Source of the DNA: Rhynchobatus australiae
Lineage: Eukaryota
Direction: 5' to 3'
NCBI GenBank assembly: GCA_034780895.1
Contig: JAUZTB010000062.1
Span: 25,399,719-25,463,718, forward strand
DNA length: 64,000 bases
Shown here piece by piece: positions 22,601 through 35,957 of this stretch (position 1 is the first letter of the stretch; the number at the start of each line of letters is the position of its first letter). Below the pieces are notes generated by a model. That model was not told the DNA's origin, did not search any database, and worked only from the letters and a program-made list of their open reading frames with translations. A program made the position numbers and the translations under genes.

Positions 22601-25600
22601 CTCCGCTGCTTTGATGAGCAAGGGTTCTTTGAACTTTGCTGGTGAGATCTTCCAATTTTTATGGTGGGCTCTCAAGACCATTTCGATTTTCTCTTTGGAT
22701 GTGCACCTCTGTATCAAGATGTCCAGCCAAGCATTGGAGAAGCAGGATACCTGCCTCCACATCCTTCCTCGAATTCTTATGTTGGACCACACACAGACAC
22801 CCGGTTACTTTCACCAATGGTTGCGGTTGAGGACCTCCATTTTATCCAGCAGGTAAGTTAGCGCTGTGCATGTCACTCTCCAAACTGCAAGCAGTTAAAG
22901 TGGAACCATGAAAAGAGCCTATGAGTGGCATCACTTACATGCATGATGCCTTGAAAATCATTTCTCAGAATGTTTGGTAAAAACAAGAGCGGGTTTCCTT
23001 TACAGCACCATTTTAGTGTGGTGCAAGTGCTGCACAGTGTCTCGCCCTTATCTCTCCATATAGTTCAGTGCCTATTTTAGAAAGATGCCACAGTACCAAG
23101 CTTCCCTTGATAGATAGTGTTTGATATGAACACAATAATAATTGTTTTCCTTGTATATTTTCACACCTGTTTCCTCTGAGGTCTCAGTAATAATAGTGCA
23201 GAAATTTTGGATTGGCCTGATCCTAGAAATTACTAATGTCAAGCAAGAAAGCTGTCTTTGTCTGATGAGTAAAAATTGTGTCCAACAGCTTTGATAGATG
23301 AATGTTATTTCCTTTACATTTTAAAGATTTCCAGGAATTGCCCAACAATAAACTAAAAGTCAATCATCTTGTGCCTGATGTTATGTGATCTGGAAATGGC
23401 ATGATTGATAGCTGAGATGTAATGTAGAATATGAGTGCAGAGCAGATTCCTAAAGTTTTAGATCCCAGAATAGTGCAAGTGCTTTGGTTGGGCACAAGCT
23501 CAACATAGTTATTCATATTTTGTGTTCTAGAGCAACAAATATATAGGAACTCAGCTGTACTTTGCAGTAACTAGCCCTAGAACAACTAATTTTGGAACTG
23601 AGATTTTTTTTTAATCCGCTCTGCTGTGGAATATGTGTGCATGCATGGGTGGGCACAGCTGCCTGTGTGGAGAGATGGGATGGGGAGGGATCGAGAAATA
23701 GACTGTGATTCTGAAAAGGTCAGCTGCTGTAAATTTTAATAATTGAAGAAGCATCCTTAAATATCGCACAGTTTGCTTTTATTTTGAAATGAGAAATATT
23801 GCAATGAAGTTCAAGTTTGCAGTTGTGGAGATCTGAAGGTGGAGGTATTTGAATATGCAAAGAATGTGTTATGAATAGAATTGCCATTAGTTGGCTGGCA
23901 TGCAAGATTCTTTTTAAACTGTAAGGATATTGACCTAGTTTTATCAGAATAACTATTGGCTAGACTTGAACAGAAGCAGATATGCTGGAATATCTCAGCT
24001 GGTCAAGCAGCAACTATGGAAAGAGACCATTTAATGCTTCAGGTTGAAGACCCTTCTTTAGAAATGAAAAAGAGAGAAAGCAAGTTAGACTGAGCACCAG
24101 AGAAGGTCGGGGGTGGGGGNNNNNNNNNNNNNNNNNNNNNNNNNNNNNNNNNNNNNNNNNNNNNNNNNNNNNNNNNNNNNNNNNNNNNNNNNNNNNNNNN
24201 NNNNNNNNNNNNNNNNNNNGCGCCAATGGATGGAACAAAGAGAACATCCATAAGAGGCTGAAATTATGGACTTCCATTGAATGGACAGTTAAGTTCCCAT
24301 TGACTTGGCTTGTTATGATAAGAATATTGCAACAAAAGTTTAGTCATCGATAAAGGACAAGCGCAAAGGTATTTCTAATTTTAAAAACTTAAACAGATTG
24401 GATCAATGTGATCTTTCATTTAAACATTGTTGTTATTTCAATAGATTCGTTGAACACTTGCATCTGGCAATTTATTTATAAATAGGTCAGCCATGCTAAA
24501 TAGCAAAAAGGTCAGCAAGAATGGCTTTAATTAGGCTGGATTCTGCTAGAAGAGAATTTGACCTTATCTGAATGGTATGCATTCCTGTGATACATAACAG
24601 GAGTATATATGGCTGTTCTTTTATTATGGAACTCGTGAGAATGAGCTCCCGCCTCATGGGATGCAAGAGTTGGATCAGCTGCTTTCAGAAACACTCAAAC
24701 CAGTTGACAATTTTCTTCAAATCACTTTCCCCTGCAAATCATTAACCTATCCTTGAAGCATAGACATCATTTTGAAAACAACAGACAAGAAGTGCAAGAT
24801 CTTCTTAGGCAGTCCCTCAGGATTGAGGATGATTTGCTTCTACTACAGTTTTGTGGTTTCGAAGGGTTTGATGAAGCCATTGTACAAACAGCAGTCTCTT
24901 CCACAGATGGGGTAGGAAATGCTTAACATAATGGATACTTTGCTAAATGGTCCATGACTTTCACAAGGCTTTTATGCTGCTCGTGTGTAGCCTCAAGGTA
25001 CTGAATGATATCCTGAATGGCCCCCCTCCACTTTGGGTGATTACGGGCTGGAGGTTCCCAGCTGTTGGTAGGGATATTGCATTTTTCAAGGAGGCTTTAA
25101 TCACATCCTTGAATGTTTTCCTCTGTACATCTGATAGTCTCATCTGAAACAGTGCTCATAATAGAGTGTCTGTTTCAGGAGTTCGTGTCAGGCATGTGAA
25201 TAATGTGGCCGATGCAAAAGAGCTGACCGATAGTAACCAAGACCCCCAAGAAGAATTTTGCCAAACCATCAGTGGTTGTCAAATATTACTAGAAACAAAC
25301 AAACTTGATTCTGTAGTTCAATAAAGAAATGTTAATATGTGGCAAGAGTTCACTCCTCGTGTCAAGACCATGTTCATAAAAAAAGCAGATGAAGATATGG
25401 ATTCTGAAGTCTCCAAAAACAAGCCCAAGACTACTTTCAAATACAAGAATCGTAGTGTTGGCAGCGTGAGTCGAAAGTAATGAGGGAAAAGCCAGTCTCC
25501 AAAGAAAAATCAGAAGTTCAAGCACTGTGAATCTTTGTACACAACAAACAGGAACACAAGAGAATAGGAGCAGGAGTAGGCCATCAGTCCCTTCTAACCT

Positions 25601-28600
25601 GCTCTGCCATTTATTATGATCATGGCTAATCTATGCTGGCCTCAACTCTTCTGCCATTTCTCCATACCTCTTCATTCCTCAATCGATCAAATATTTATCC
25701 AACTTCACTTAATACTTCTAGTGATCCAGCTTCCACCATCCGCTGGGGCAGAGAATGCCAGAGATTCACCGTCCTCTGCGAGAAGAAATTTTTGTGTATC
25801 TCAGTTTCAGATAACTAGCCCCTTATCTTGTGGTTATGCCCCCTTGTTTGAGACTCCCAGTTGTGAAAACATCTCAACAACAAGCTCCCTTACGATCTTA
25901 TATATTTGAATAAGGTCACTCCTCATTTTTCTAAACTCCAGGAATACAGGCCCAAACTATTTAGTTTCTCTTAGTAGAATGACTCTCTCATCCCAGGAAT
26001 TAGCCTGGCGAATCTGTTTTGTAGTATCCAATGTTACCATATCTTGGGTAAGGGGACTAAAGCTGCATGCAGTGTTCCTCACCAACAACCTTTACAATTG
26101 CAACTAAACTTCCCTATCTTTAAACTCCAACCCCTTTTCAGTGAAGGCCAAAATTCCACTTGCCTTCTTAACTACTTGTTGGGCCAGCTGGGTTTGTGTG
26201 ATTCATGCACTAAAACACTTAGATCCCTCTCTACTTCACTCACTTGATGGATAGATAAACATGATGTACTGAACAAATCAAAGGACGCAGAAATCAAATA
26301 TGCCATCATGAAGGTTTAAAAATCATTGATAATGATTTCAAAATTCAACTTCTTTCAAACAATTTTATTGTGCTGGCTCTATGCCGGTAAAATGGTACAG
26401 ATTCATTGCAGCTGAATGATCAAGGTCCAGTGGCACCAGATACGAGATGTAAATCCTATCAGAAGGATTCAGTTTGCTGTTGCTAGGCATAAATGTTTAC
26501 TTTTTCTCCTTGTCCTTAAACTCCAACTTATCAAGTTTTGAAGGAGATGATTTCTTACCTTCCAATGGATTAGTATCACACTTGCATGCAGAATTGAGAC
26601 AGAACTGTGGATTTCTACATTTATAATTTTTACCACAGTAGTTAAGAATAATCAAATGAATTAAATTGTGAGTTTCAATTATATATTTTGCAGTCTGGAA
26701 CCAAATTATTTGAATAGTGAAGTGATGTTTACTTTAGTTATTACAGTGAAAGGAGTTGAATTATTTTTAAAAAGACTGAATGGCACAGGGCCTTGGTCAA
26801 CATCTTTCATTATGGTTTCAATCTCAGAGATGCAATGACTGGGTGATAGGCTTCAATTGGTTCAGTTGTATCTGAAAATAAAACTTGATGATCCTTGCTT
26901 TTAAGAATGATCCCTTCCTATCAGTGGTGTTGTTTGCAGATTTAAAAACCTTTGGAGAATTTGTTTCTTTAAATTGTGAATTGATCCTGTGAAGCAAGGT
27001 TCCAACGTACTGGAATTTCAGCATTACCTCAGCAACATATTATGATAGGCAGTGTTATTACACTTAAGTAACTGATATATGTGCATTTTTAAATGCAGCA
27101 TTTATCCTGTAAAGGTGCTGAATGTTGGTTTTGTGACAACCTTCATAGCATTTAGCTTCTGGTGGTTTTGAGACCTTAAGCATATCTTGTTCATACACTC
27201 GAGACACTACATCTTCTGTTGTCGAGAGTAATGCAAGCAAATAGGAAGATAGTAACCACGTAGCAGCAAAATATGCACTGTCAATACCATCCCAAGTTGG
27301 AACTCTAAATTAAATTATAGTGCATGAAGTTCAGCAACAAACTCTGGAAAATAATGTGACAAACAATTATTGTAACTGAGAATAAAACATTTTCAATGAT
27401 GTAGTTATGTTTTCTTTTGCTATGGAACTGTAAAGACTTAGTTGAACAAAAACTGAATGCTGTACAGATTTAGCAAGCTGCTTTTGTTAAAGGTTTCTTC
27501 CTGAGTGATTGACAACAACTGTGGGTGGTTGATTTCAATTGGTTGAATTATGTTTGAACATAGTAATATATGCATTTAATAAAATAAAATTTCCAGATGT
27601 CGGCAGTGCTGTTGTGCATGTACCTCTCAGGCTTGCATAGAAATAAATACTCGTCTTGCTTGTGGCAGTACATACAGCTTCAATTTTCATTTCTATTCAA
27701 TGGGTTTGGATAACAACAATAACAACGTGTCATTTGTAACATAGTAAGATGCCGAGGGAATTTCACAGGAACATCGTCAAAGAACATAATGCAGCCTGAA
27801 AGAGGAGTTTCTGGGTCATGGATAATATGAAGATTCTAATAAATAAAATATGTTCTATTTATAATCTAATTTACCCTTCACCAAATTATCAAAACAAACT
27901 TCATTCATTGCATGGGAAACATATAGGAACAAGAGAGAGACACAATAAAATACTAAATGAATACTTCTGTGTCTGTTCCAGAATCAAAACAGAGGTACAC
28001 TTATTAATTCATTCTTTGCCTCCCAAGTATCTACTTAAGGGTGTACATGTTTAAATAAACTAAAATCTGAGCAATGCTTTAGGTTTAAGCTATTCTGGAA
28101 ACTCAGTACCTTACAGTGGCTCCCCTTCGCAATTTGGTAGAAATAAAATGGGTCCCATTCATGGTGGAGATGTCAGAGGTTGAATTGCATGAAATCTCTC
28201 ACAAGTCCCTCACTGGACCCACTGGAATTTGCAAAGTGAAGTTAACATCTTTGAGGGAACAGATAGTGTAAAATGGGAACCTGTAAAATTGCGAGTTTAT
28301 CTTTGGAATATTGGCTGATTGAATCAGAACCAGCCACAACTGCACACCTTGAAGTTACCTTTTTAATAAGATTAGTAGCCATTATACATTGCATTGAATA
28401 TTTTGTTACATCAGAGTTAAGTCTCTGGTAATGTTTCAGGTCCTTTTGGAGATTTTCCAAGAAACTACAGTGTATTTTCTGAAGATTTGTGAATAAAGGA
28501 CTTGTGTCATGATAAGGTGTCCATTCTTGCCACGTGCAAGGCTGCTTATGAGGAACATTTCTGCGCTTACTCTTGAAAGGAGTTGATCATAACTTTTCTT

Positions 28601-30184
28601 TAGGACTGACTTGATTGTTTTATGGACCTGATGGAATATGATAGATTTTATTTGAGGTTACAGAGCCCATTGCTATATTTAGTCTGTAACACCATTCCCA
28701 GCCATGCTGCCTCCAATTTACATCGATAGCTGCAGCAATAATCTCATCTTCCCTAGGTCACATGTCTTCATAGATTTTCTCCAGGTTAAAATGTTCATAT
28801 TTAGCCTGTATGAGAAGCATTTTGTCTGTACAATGCAAACAAGACACCTCAAGCAATTTCTAAATCCACTTTAATGCTGCATTGATATTTAACTTCTTAT
28901 GGAGGGGCAACGTTGTGGAACTGTGTTGGGGGTCCCTTCATCAGAGAGCCTGACTTATTCTCATTGGAGTGAACTTAGGGCCTGACTCATATTAACACTA
29001 ACTTCTCATTTGGTGCAAAGTGTGAAGAGTAATTTTAACCAAAACCATTCATTAGTGAAACGGGCAAAATCAGCTTCCATGCTAGCTTTACACATCATTC
29101 AGTTTTATCTACTTGAAGTCATAGCTTCACAGCATGGAAACAGATCCTTTGCCCCTCTGACTTTGCACTACTCATCAAACACCTATTTTCACTAAAATAA
29201 CAGCACAAAAATACTCAAACCACTCAGCAGGACAGGCAGCTTTAATGGTTTCTCTTTTCCATGAAAAGAGAAACCATTAATGTTTCACGTGTCTGATTTT
29301 TCATCGGAATTGGTAAGGAGAGGTAACAAGTTAGATTTATGTAGCAGAGAAGTTAAGGGATGGTCGAATAAAGGGAATATTTTTGATAGGGTGAGACCAG
29401 ATGACTAAATGTGGCTATTAATTTGCTGCTGGAATAAGATTAGGCTTCATTGTCTGTGTATTGGTTAGGCTATGGGACATGCCCAGCAGGCTAGACTATA
29501 CAATGATACCCATTTACAGCAATCCCATTTTATTCTCCCCACATTCCCATCAACTCTTCTCACTTCCTACACCTCACCTATACATGAGGGTCAATTAATC
29601 AACCAACCAGCATGTCTTTGGATGTGGAAGTAAATTGGTGCACATGGAGGAATGGAGGAAACACATGAGAACTTACAGACTCCGCAAAGACAGCACTGGA
29701 AGTCAGCATTGAACCTGGGTTGTTGGAACTGTGAGGCAGTAGTGCCAAGTCGATATTTGAACCAGATTGTAAAACTGGCATTTTTCCTGGATTGGGTTAA
29801 AATTGTGATGTTTGCCAGAATCCAGCAGTTTCTAGTCTGTCTACAAACCCAAACTTTGGTTGTTCAATCCAATGAGCTTCTTGTCGTATCCTACCTACTT
29901 GGAGAGAATTAATGAGTTTATAATGTGTTATCAAGTGTTATTCAGTTTTAATCCCAAGATTAAAAATAACTTTGCAAAATAAATCAGGCCATAAACAAAA
30001 CTCTTGTTATTTTGCAGGCATTTGTGTGATGAGTGGAGCTGCGATATATACAGTGCAGTACCCGCACATTCACGGAGAGCGCTACGATGGGAACTATGGA
30101 TTTTCCTACATTTTGGCATGGATTGGTTTTCCCCTGGCCTTGTGCAGCGGAATCATCTATGTCATTCTAAGAAAACGCGAATGA
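16564..30184 (+). CDS. PMP22: PMP22, peripheral myelin protein 22; spliced CDS join(16564..16641,17181..17274,21506..21646,30018..30184), 480 nt, 159 aa
   Basis: Manual splicing gives [159 protein letters not shown]. It has four hydrophobic segments, the PMP22/EMP W...W..C...C loop motif, and the PMP22-diagnostic [15 protein letters not shown] and IYVILRKRE. All introns are GT-AG with phases 0,1,1 as in mammalian PMP22. Confidence 0.96.
17181..17274 (+). CDS. PMP22: PMP22 coding exon 2 (extracellular loop 1)
   Basis: Acceptor ttttctttgtacAG at 17179-17180. 94 nt encoding DIWQNCT with the N-glycosylation sequon. Donor GTGAGT at 17275. Confidence 0.93.
18932..19934. repeat. ~78-bp inverted repeat pair (18932-19009 / 19856-19934)
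   Basis: agcacattgtgtttatcatttgagttacac...aagttctactaacattc is the reverse complement of gaatgttagtagaactt...gtgtaactcaaatgataaacacaatatgct, with a few mismatches. Confidence 0.92.
20228..20790 (+). mobile_element. Deu-domain SINE (SacSINE1/AmnSINE-like) split by a CR1 insertion
   Basis: gggttcaagcc head and a Deu-like core (ccctgtttgcc...gatgtaaaaggtcc...gttctcc..tgtcct.agccaacat.tat.c.tcaa) up to ~20430. The 3' part (ttgcta.ctgtaaattggctgc...gaggtcatgaa) resumes at ~20665. Recognised from memory of the consensus. Confidence 0.6.
20445..20660 (-). mobile_element. CR1 LINE 3' end fragment
   Basis: catagaacagtacagcacaggaagaggcccttcggccca...ccctggcagtgcattccaggcac is the typical reverse-complement CR1 3' end. 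Confidence 0.8.
21125..21305 (+). mobile_element. CR1 3' end fragment
   Basis: gtggaagctgagt...aggcagagttagataga...gatcttgttgaatgatggagcagactcaaggggctga...cctgctc. Confidence 0.7.
21506..21646 (+). CDS. PMP22: PMP22 coding exon 3 (TM2, intracellular loop, start of TM3)
   Basis: Acceptor attttcAG at 21504-21505. 141 nt (same length as in human), overlapping ORF 21529..21783. Donor GTAAGC at 21647. Confidence 0.96.
24797..25240 (-). mobile_element. RTE-clade LINE 3' fragment
   Basis: Minus-strand peptide [14 protein letters not shown] matches the RTE C-terminal GGQRKRFKD.LKASLK motif. Tail tcctgagggactgcctaagaag. Confidence 0.7.
25555..26250 (-). mobile_element. CR1 LINE 3' fragment
   Basis: aggagcaggagtaggccat...cctgctctgccatt...gatcatggct; ttccagagattcac; aggtcactcctcatt.ttctaaactcca. 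Confidence 0.8.
29525..29745 (-). mobile_element. Degenerate V-SINE in the last PMP22 intron
   Basis: Minus strand gives ccaggttcaatgctgacttccagtgctgtctttgcggagt...catccaaagacatgctggttggttg, similar to the other SINE copies. Confidence 0.7.
30018..30184 (+). CDS. PMP22: PMP22 last coding exon (TM3 end, ECL2, TM4, stop)
   Basis: Acceptor ttttgcAG at 30016-30017. Encodes ...YGFSYILAW...[12 protein letters not shown], with TGA at 30182-30184. Confidence 0.96.
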
Positions 30185-33100
30185 GCTACCATAGATCACC
30201 ACAATCCGTATGATGCCATCTTTAGAGGAATAAAAGNNNNNNNNNNNNNNNNNNNNNNNNNNNNNNNNNNNNNNNNNNNNNNNNNNNNNNNNNNNNNNNN
30301 NNNNNNNNNNNNNNNNNNNNNNNNNNNNNNNNNNNNNNNNNNNNNNNNNNNNNNNNNNNNNNNNNNNNNNNNNNNNNNNNNNNNNNNNNNNNNNNNNNNN
30401 NNNNNNNNNNNNNNNNNNNNNNNNNNNNNNNNNNNNNNNNNNNNNNNNNNNNNNNNNNNTATGTTAACCAGAGCGCATGTAAAATTATAGCTAGTAAGCT
30501 GTTTTTTAATAAAAAAAAGTGCAGCTTGTACAAATAATTGCTAATAGCTGACAAGTTTGAATAGTTTACTCATGTAGATATAAAACTTAAAATTTTCAAT
30601 GGTGCTACATATTTACCATTCCTTGTCATAACCTATAGCCGTCTCACTGGAGAATTACTATTTGCAAGAAGGTAAAATAAATGCTTTAATTCTACAGGAT
30701 TTACTTTGTCTAAATATTTCTGTATGGAAGGAGTTTATTCTCTAGCATTAATGTGAAGGGTTGAAAGTTAATGCAAGCTAGGGGCAGCATTATTAGGACA
30801 GGTGTGAGGGGTGATTTGAATGCTCACCATGAGATACTGTCTGCAGCGTAATGAGGCTTCAATTGTGAGGAATGATTTTAATGCTCACTTTTAGATACTG
30901 TCTATAGCTTAATGAGGCTTCAGATGCACATCCAATTTTGTAATGCAGTCCTGTGCTGCAGCCAATCACTATTCTTCTGTTTGATTGGTGGTCTTTCCTG
31001 ATTCACACCTGTTCTGTCTCCTTCCTGGGTCTCATTAACAGCGATCTGAAATTTCCTGTGTGGGTCTCATTTATTGCAGTGTGAAAGTATAATGCTTCAA
31101 GTGCAGCTATTAGCAGTCACTGTTCCTTTGCTGTGTGAAGTCTAGAGAATTTTCCTAATGTGCAAAATTTCAAACAGCATGTAATACTGACAGTATCTGC
31201 AGCAGTTTTGTTTCTGTGGTGGAAGTAATGAGCAGTGGACAGCAGCAAATCAGTGTGCTGGGTGCATGATATCACCACCACACTGCAGCCTGTCCAAACA
31301 ACAAGCAATCAAAGCCAGTGTCCCAGAACCAGTCTCTTATATTCCTCTTCAGTTCCTAAATGCAGAGGCATTGCCCTTCTGTATTGTCAAAAGTTACTCA
31401 TTTTCATTTATACTATAGCTGAAGGTATCAGAAAACTAGTACAGATAGGCTTTGTTCTTTAAATGTTCAAAGAATGTTATAAATGTATTGAAAATCTTAG
31501 TGTGCCACACTAAATGCAAATATATTGTCTGGAATTAATATGAACTACAGTTTGCTGGAAATATGAAACAAAATGCTAATATTTCACTGTATTGACAAGC
31601 ATTCTGCTACTGAACAGTGACACAAGTTATGCAAATACAAAAGGGGACCACAAATAGAAAACTGTAGTGAATATAAATGGGAAATAAAAGTATGGGGGGG
31701 GGTTGGAATAGAACTTATTGCATGCTAGGAGAGGCAAAAATAAATATTTTGGATCATAAGCATCCTTTCAAAATGTTTTGAAAAGGTAACATTCTACCAT
31801 CCTATAGTAAGAATGAGTTGATAGAAAACAACATTGTCTAAATTCACCCACTATACTTTGTTTGTATGATCATCTTCCTAAGTGTGGGCTCCAGATCAAC
31901 ATCTAAATTTTAATGTCTTCATACATTGGTCATTGAGTTGCATATATTGCAATCAGCTTTTTCTGTGAAGCTGATGTGCGTTCACTGACCTTATTTTGCT
32001 TCTTTTGAAATAACCATTAGCATTGCCATTCAGGGACTGAAACAGCTTCACATCTTAAAAATAGCTTTTGTTTCATGATGATGTTGACGAAATTAGAAAC
32101 GGCATAGGATTTGACTATTTTATCAGTGCTCTAAAATTGCTATTGACTTTGCAACACTTAAAGTACAATGATATGTGGCCTTTTGTTGAGATTGTAGGGA
32201 TGTTCAATGTGAAATGATATGTTAGCTCTTCTGTTTTAAAGCTGCAGGACCTCAATGTGGCAATGGTCATTTAAATCAATAACTGGCATCTAAAGAAGGG
32301 GAAATTCAAAGTGAAGCCTGTAACAATTCTCTGAAAGAAACCTGTATTTAACAATGGGAAGGACACTTCATTCTGGATGTTCTATGTATATACCAATACT
32401 GCATTACCCACACAAAGCCTTTCTACTTCAGATAGGCATGGCTGCATGAACTCCAGGTATCATAACATCAGTACATCACTGAAAATACAGTTATGACTGG
32501 ATTGCAGCAATGGGATCTTGAAAAGTTGAACTTGAAAAGTGCAAATGCTTTTTTACCTATTTTCCCCATTGAAGCTTAACAAGACCTGAGGTTTAATCGG
32601 CTGGAGCTTACTCTAATATGGTTGAGTATGATTCCAAATAACTGAATTTAGGTAAGAATGTTCAAATGGCTGAATGCTTTTCTTGATGGCTGGGTAATAT
32701 TACTGGTTGCTGTGAGATCATTTGTGGGTCACTGCAGCTTTAAGCAGGGTATTTATTGTACAACGCCAGAGAAAATTCTACTGGTCAGTGTGGTTCACAA
32801 CCACAGTCCTACACCAAAGTTAACCACTGTTTTAAAGGAATTAGGGTGAATAAACAAAACTCTGGCACTACTCAAAATAAAAAGGAAATTATGTACTTGT
32901 GGCTGTACAGTTCTTTGATGTAATGAAAAGCAAATAGTTTGCTAAATTTATTATCCCTTTGAAATCTGTTCTTGTTTACATAGTGCAGTATAATGAAATA
33001 TGACATAGTTCTTATCCTGTGTGCACAGATCCCCTGCAGAATTCCTTGTGCAACTTCAGTAAAGTTTGGTGGGTGGGGGGGGAGAATTGTTTTTGATGTT

Positions 33101-33230
33101 TGCTAACAGAAAATGCCTTATTGCATATAAGTGCAGTCATATGTGTTTGATGTACTTGAATAATGATGAAAATAAATAATACTGGCTTATCTGTGCAATA
33201 AATTGGCCTTTGTTTCTCTGTCATCAAGTA
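30185..33230 (+). other. Probable PMP22 3' UTR with several poly(A) signals
   Basis: Follows the stop codon. AATAAA occurs at 30229, 30508, 30676, 33171, 33197 and elsewhere. No recognisable TE fragments until ~33860. Contains gap 30237-30459. The 3' end is uncertain. Confidence 0.45.
30803..30922 (+). repeat. Diverged tandem duplication of a ~60-bp unit
   Basis: tgtgagg..tgattt.aatgctcac...agatactgtct..agc.taatgaggcttca occurs at 30803-30861 and 30864-30922. Confidence 0.85.
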
Positions 33231-33861
33231 TTATGAGGTGTTCAAGATGTCAAAATAATAATTTGTACATTTCCTTTGGTCTGTTTTATCCTTTCAGAAT
33301 GGATTCTTGTTAGTTCTCAAATGCCCTCAGGTAAAAAGGTGTGATAGTGAAACCCTCTCTGGTGTCCCGAACCTCTGCAATTGATATTTGTAGCCAGCTC
33401 ATGGAATCCTTTATATTTGGGCAGTTTCTATAATCATGGTGCACTGGAGCTTTATATTTAGTGCACATCTGAAATAAAATTACACTTTCCTCATTGAAAT
33501 ACAACTTTACTATTGTGGGTGCATTCTAACTTGCTCTGATTCTAATTTTAGTTACCTCCATGAAGAGACAAACGAGAACATCCTTCCATCTGATCCATGT
33601 TAGTTCAATGTAAGCACAAAAGAACACCATGTCTTTTGACTAGATACAGTGCAACCTTCCAGCCTTAACACTGAATTCAGCAGTTTTAGCTAATGAGCCT
33701 TTCCAGCCTTGGATCTCACATTTTTAGATTTTCTTCTTTCTCCCCATCTGCTATTTACATTGCCCTTGACACATCTTTAATTAGTCAATTATCTTTACTG
33801 TCCTTTTAGTGGACAGCACCACTACTTGTGTTATTCATTCTCTACTGAGTTTCTACCCTTT

Positions 33862-34225
33862 AAAGTCAAGTTGAGTTTATTGTCATATGCACAAGTGTGT
33901 TGAGGTACAGGTACAATGAAAAACTTAGAGCAGCATCACAGGCACGTAGATTCAGACAACACAGAACATAAGTTATATATGACAGTTATATATATGACAG
34001 TGAAGAAAAAGACACTGCAAAACAAGACATTAGAGAAAAACAAAAGACAGGTCTGAGGTAGGATTAGGGTTGTACAGGTCAGTTCAAGACCTGATGGCTG
34101 TGGAAAAGTAGCTGCTCCTGAACCCGGTGATGTAGGACTTCAGGCTCCTGTAACTCCTGCTTGAGGGTAGTAGCAAGAAGAAGGCATGACCTGGATGGTG
34201 AGGATCCTTGATGACAGATAGTGCC
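33862..34225 (-). mobile_element. Rex1/Babar-type LINE 3' fragment
   Basis: ORF 34084..34299 has IKDPHHPGHAFFLLLPSSRSYRSLK...FRSSYFSTAIR, the Rex1-type C-terminal motif HP.H..F.LLPSGRRYRS. Tail tgacaataaa followed by (cttga)n. Confidence 0.75.
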
Positions 34226-35957
34226 ATCTCTTTTGCTGTCTCTGCCTCCCCCCTCCACCCCCGCCCAATGGCCCTCTGCAATTTTAAACATGTTGTCAAA
34301 GTCTGTCATGCAGAGATGTAAACAGGAGGAGCAAAATGGGTTTTAACAAAAGGTGGTTGAACAAGTAATCGTTCACTTGTTAGTAGTCCATAACTCTTGA
34401 AAGATAAAGTTGAAGAGAGTAGAGTGAAAAATGGTAATGACAGAGGATCAGATTTTAAGGTTCCAACCAAGAGGGTTATTGCCAATTTATGACTTATTCC
34501 AGCTTTCTGTAATGCCCCCTCCCATTAATCATTCCAAGATGTAGATGATTTCATTTGCCCATCTCCTGTGTTTCACCATGCTATATCATTAATCCACACC
34601 AGGTGGGTTATCCTGAACCATTTTATCACACTACCTCTCACAATAAGTCAGCAGCCTGGATTTTAATGGATTTTCATACTCCTGAGTTAATCTCTGGTCG
34701 CTTGATACGGGCTAAAAGACACAATATAACCTGTTTAACTGTCCACTGCAAATAATGATCAATAAAGAGGGTAATGATGGTTTTGAGAAGTCTCTACCAA
34801 TTCCTGGACTCTGAATAGTCTAATGGAGAATTTAATAATCTTGGTATTCATTGATGTAGAGGTTCCAGACCAAACTGATCAAGCTGAACTCCAATTGTTG
34901 CTGTGTATATGACGATTTGCAATTTGTGAAGAAATGATCTGTCATTCCCTCAAATGCAATGTTGGCTGCAATCAATAAGAATGTAAAAAGGGATTTAAGT
35001 TTTGTCAAATAATGATGGGCAGCAATGTGCAGCACTGCAATATTACTGTGCAAAATACTTCCAGATCACATCTGAAGCTTCCGGTAAGCAGCCAAACCAA
35101 ACTTCACTGTTAAGGTTAATGAAACTGAGCAGCAATTGTTTTCCTCTCCTGGCACTTGTGAGCTGTCACTTGAGGTGAAGCAGAGGCAAAGCCAATCCTG
35201 CTGAAAGTATGAACATATAAATTTGGAGCAAATGAAGGCCACTTAGCCCTTCAAATTGCTCTGCAGTTAATAAGGTTGTAGCTGATCTTATTGTAACCTC
35301 AATTCTGCATTCCTGTCCACCTGTGGCAATGTTTCACCCCCTTGCTTATCAAGTACCTGTCTAACTCTGTCTAGCTGTGTTATTCCTCAGCTGCCAAAAC
35401 ATAGGTTTGCAGTTAATGTGAGTGATCATTTCAAGTCAAGTCGAGCTTATTGTCATCTGCACAATTAAGGTGAGATACAGGTACAATGAAAAACNNNNNN
35501 NNNNNNNNNNNNNNNNNNNNNNNNNNNNNNNNNNNNNNNNNNNNNNNNNNNNNNNNNNNNNNNNNNNNNNNNNNNNNNNNNNNNNNNNNNNNNNTATCCC
35601 ATTTGCCTGTGTTTGTTTTCCAAGACTATCAAACTTAGCCCATATTTTCCCTCCAGTTTTATCCACTCAAGATGCCAGCTTGTTAGGGCACAGGTTCTGG
35701 TGTTTATCAAGAGGGCAATTTCATAATGCACAAAGGCAATAAGCACTAAGGGCATCAGTCCTAACTCTGTAAAAGCACTCTTTCCATCTCAGATCCTGCA
35801 GCAGACAGAAATGGGAACCCTTTTTGGGATTCACCACTACCCCTGTAATTGTCTAGACAGAGACTGGTTGTACTGTCCAAACTGCTGCTCAACACATGTA
35901 GCAATACACTGCAGAGGCTTGATGACTACATATTTAATCAATTATCTTGCAAATTTT

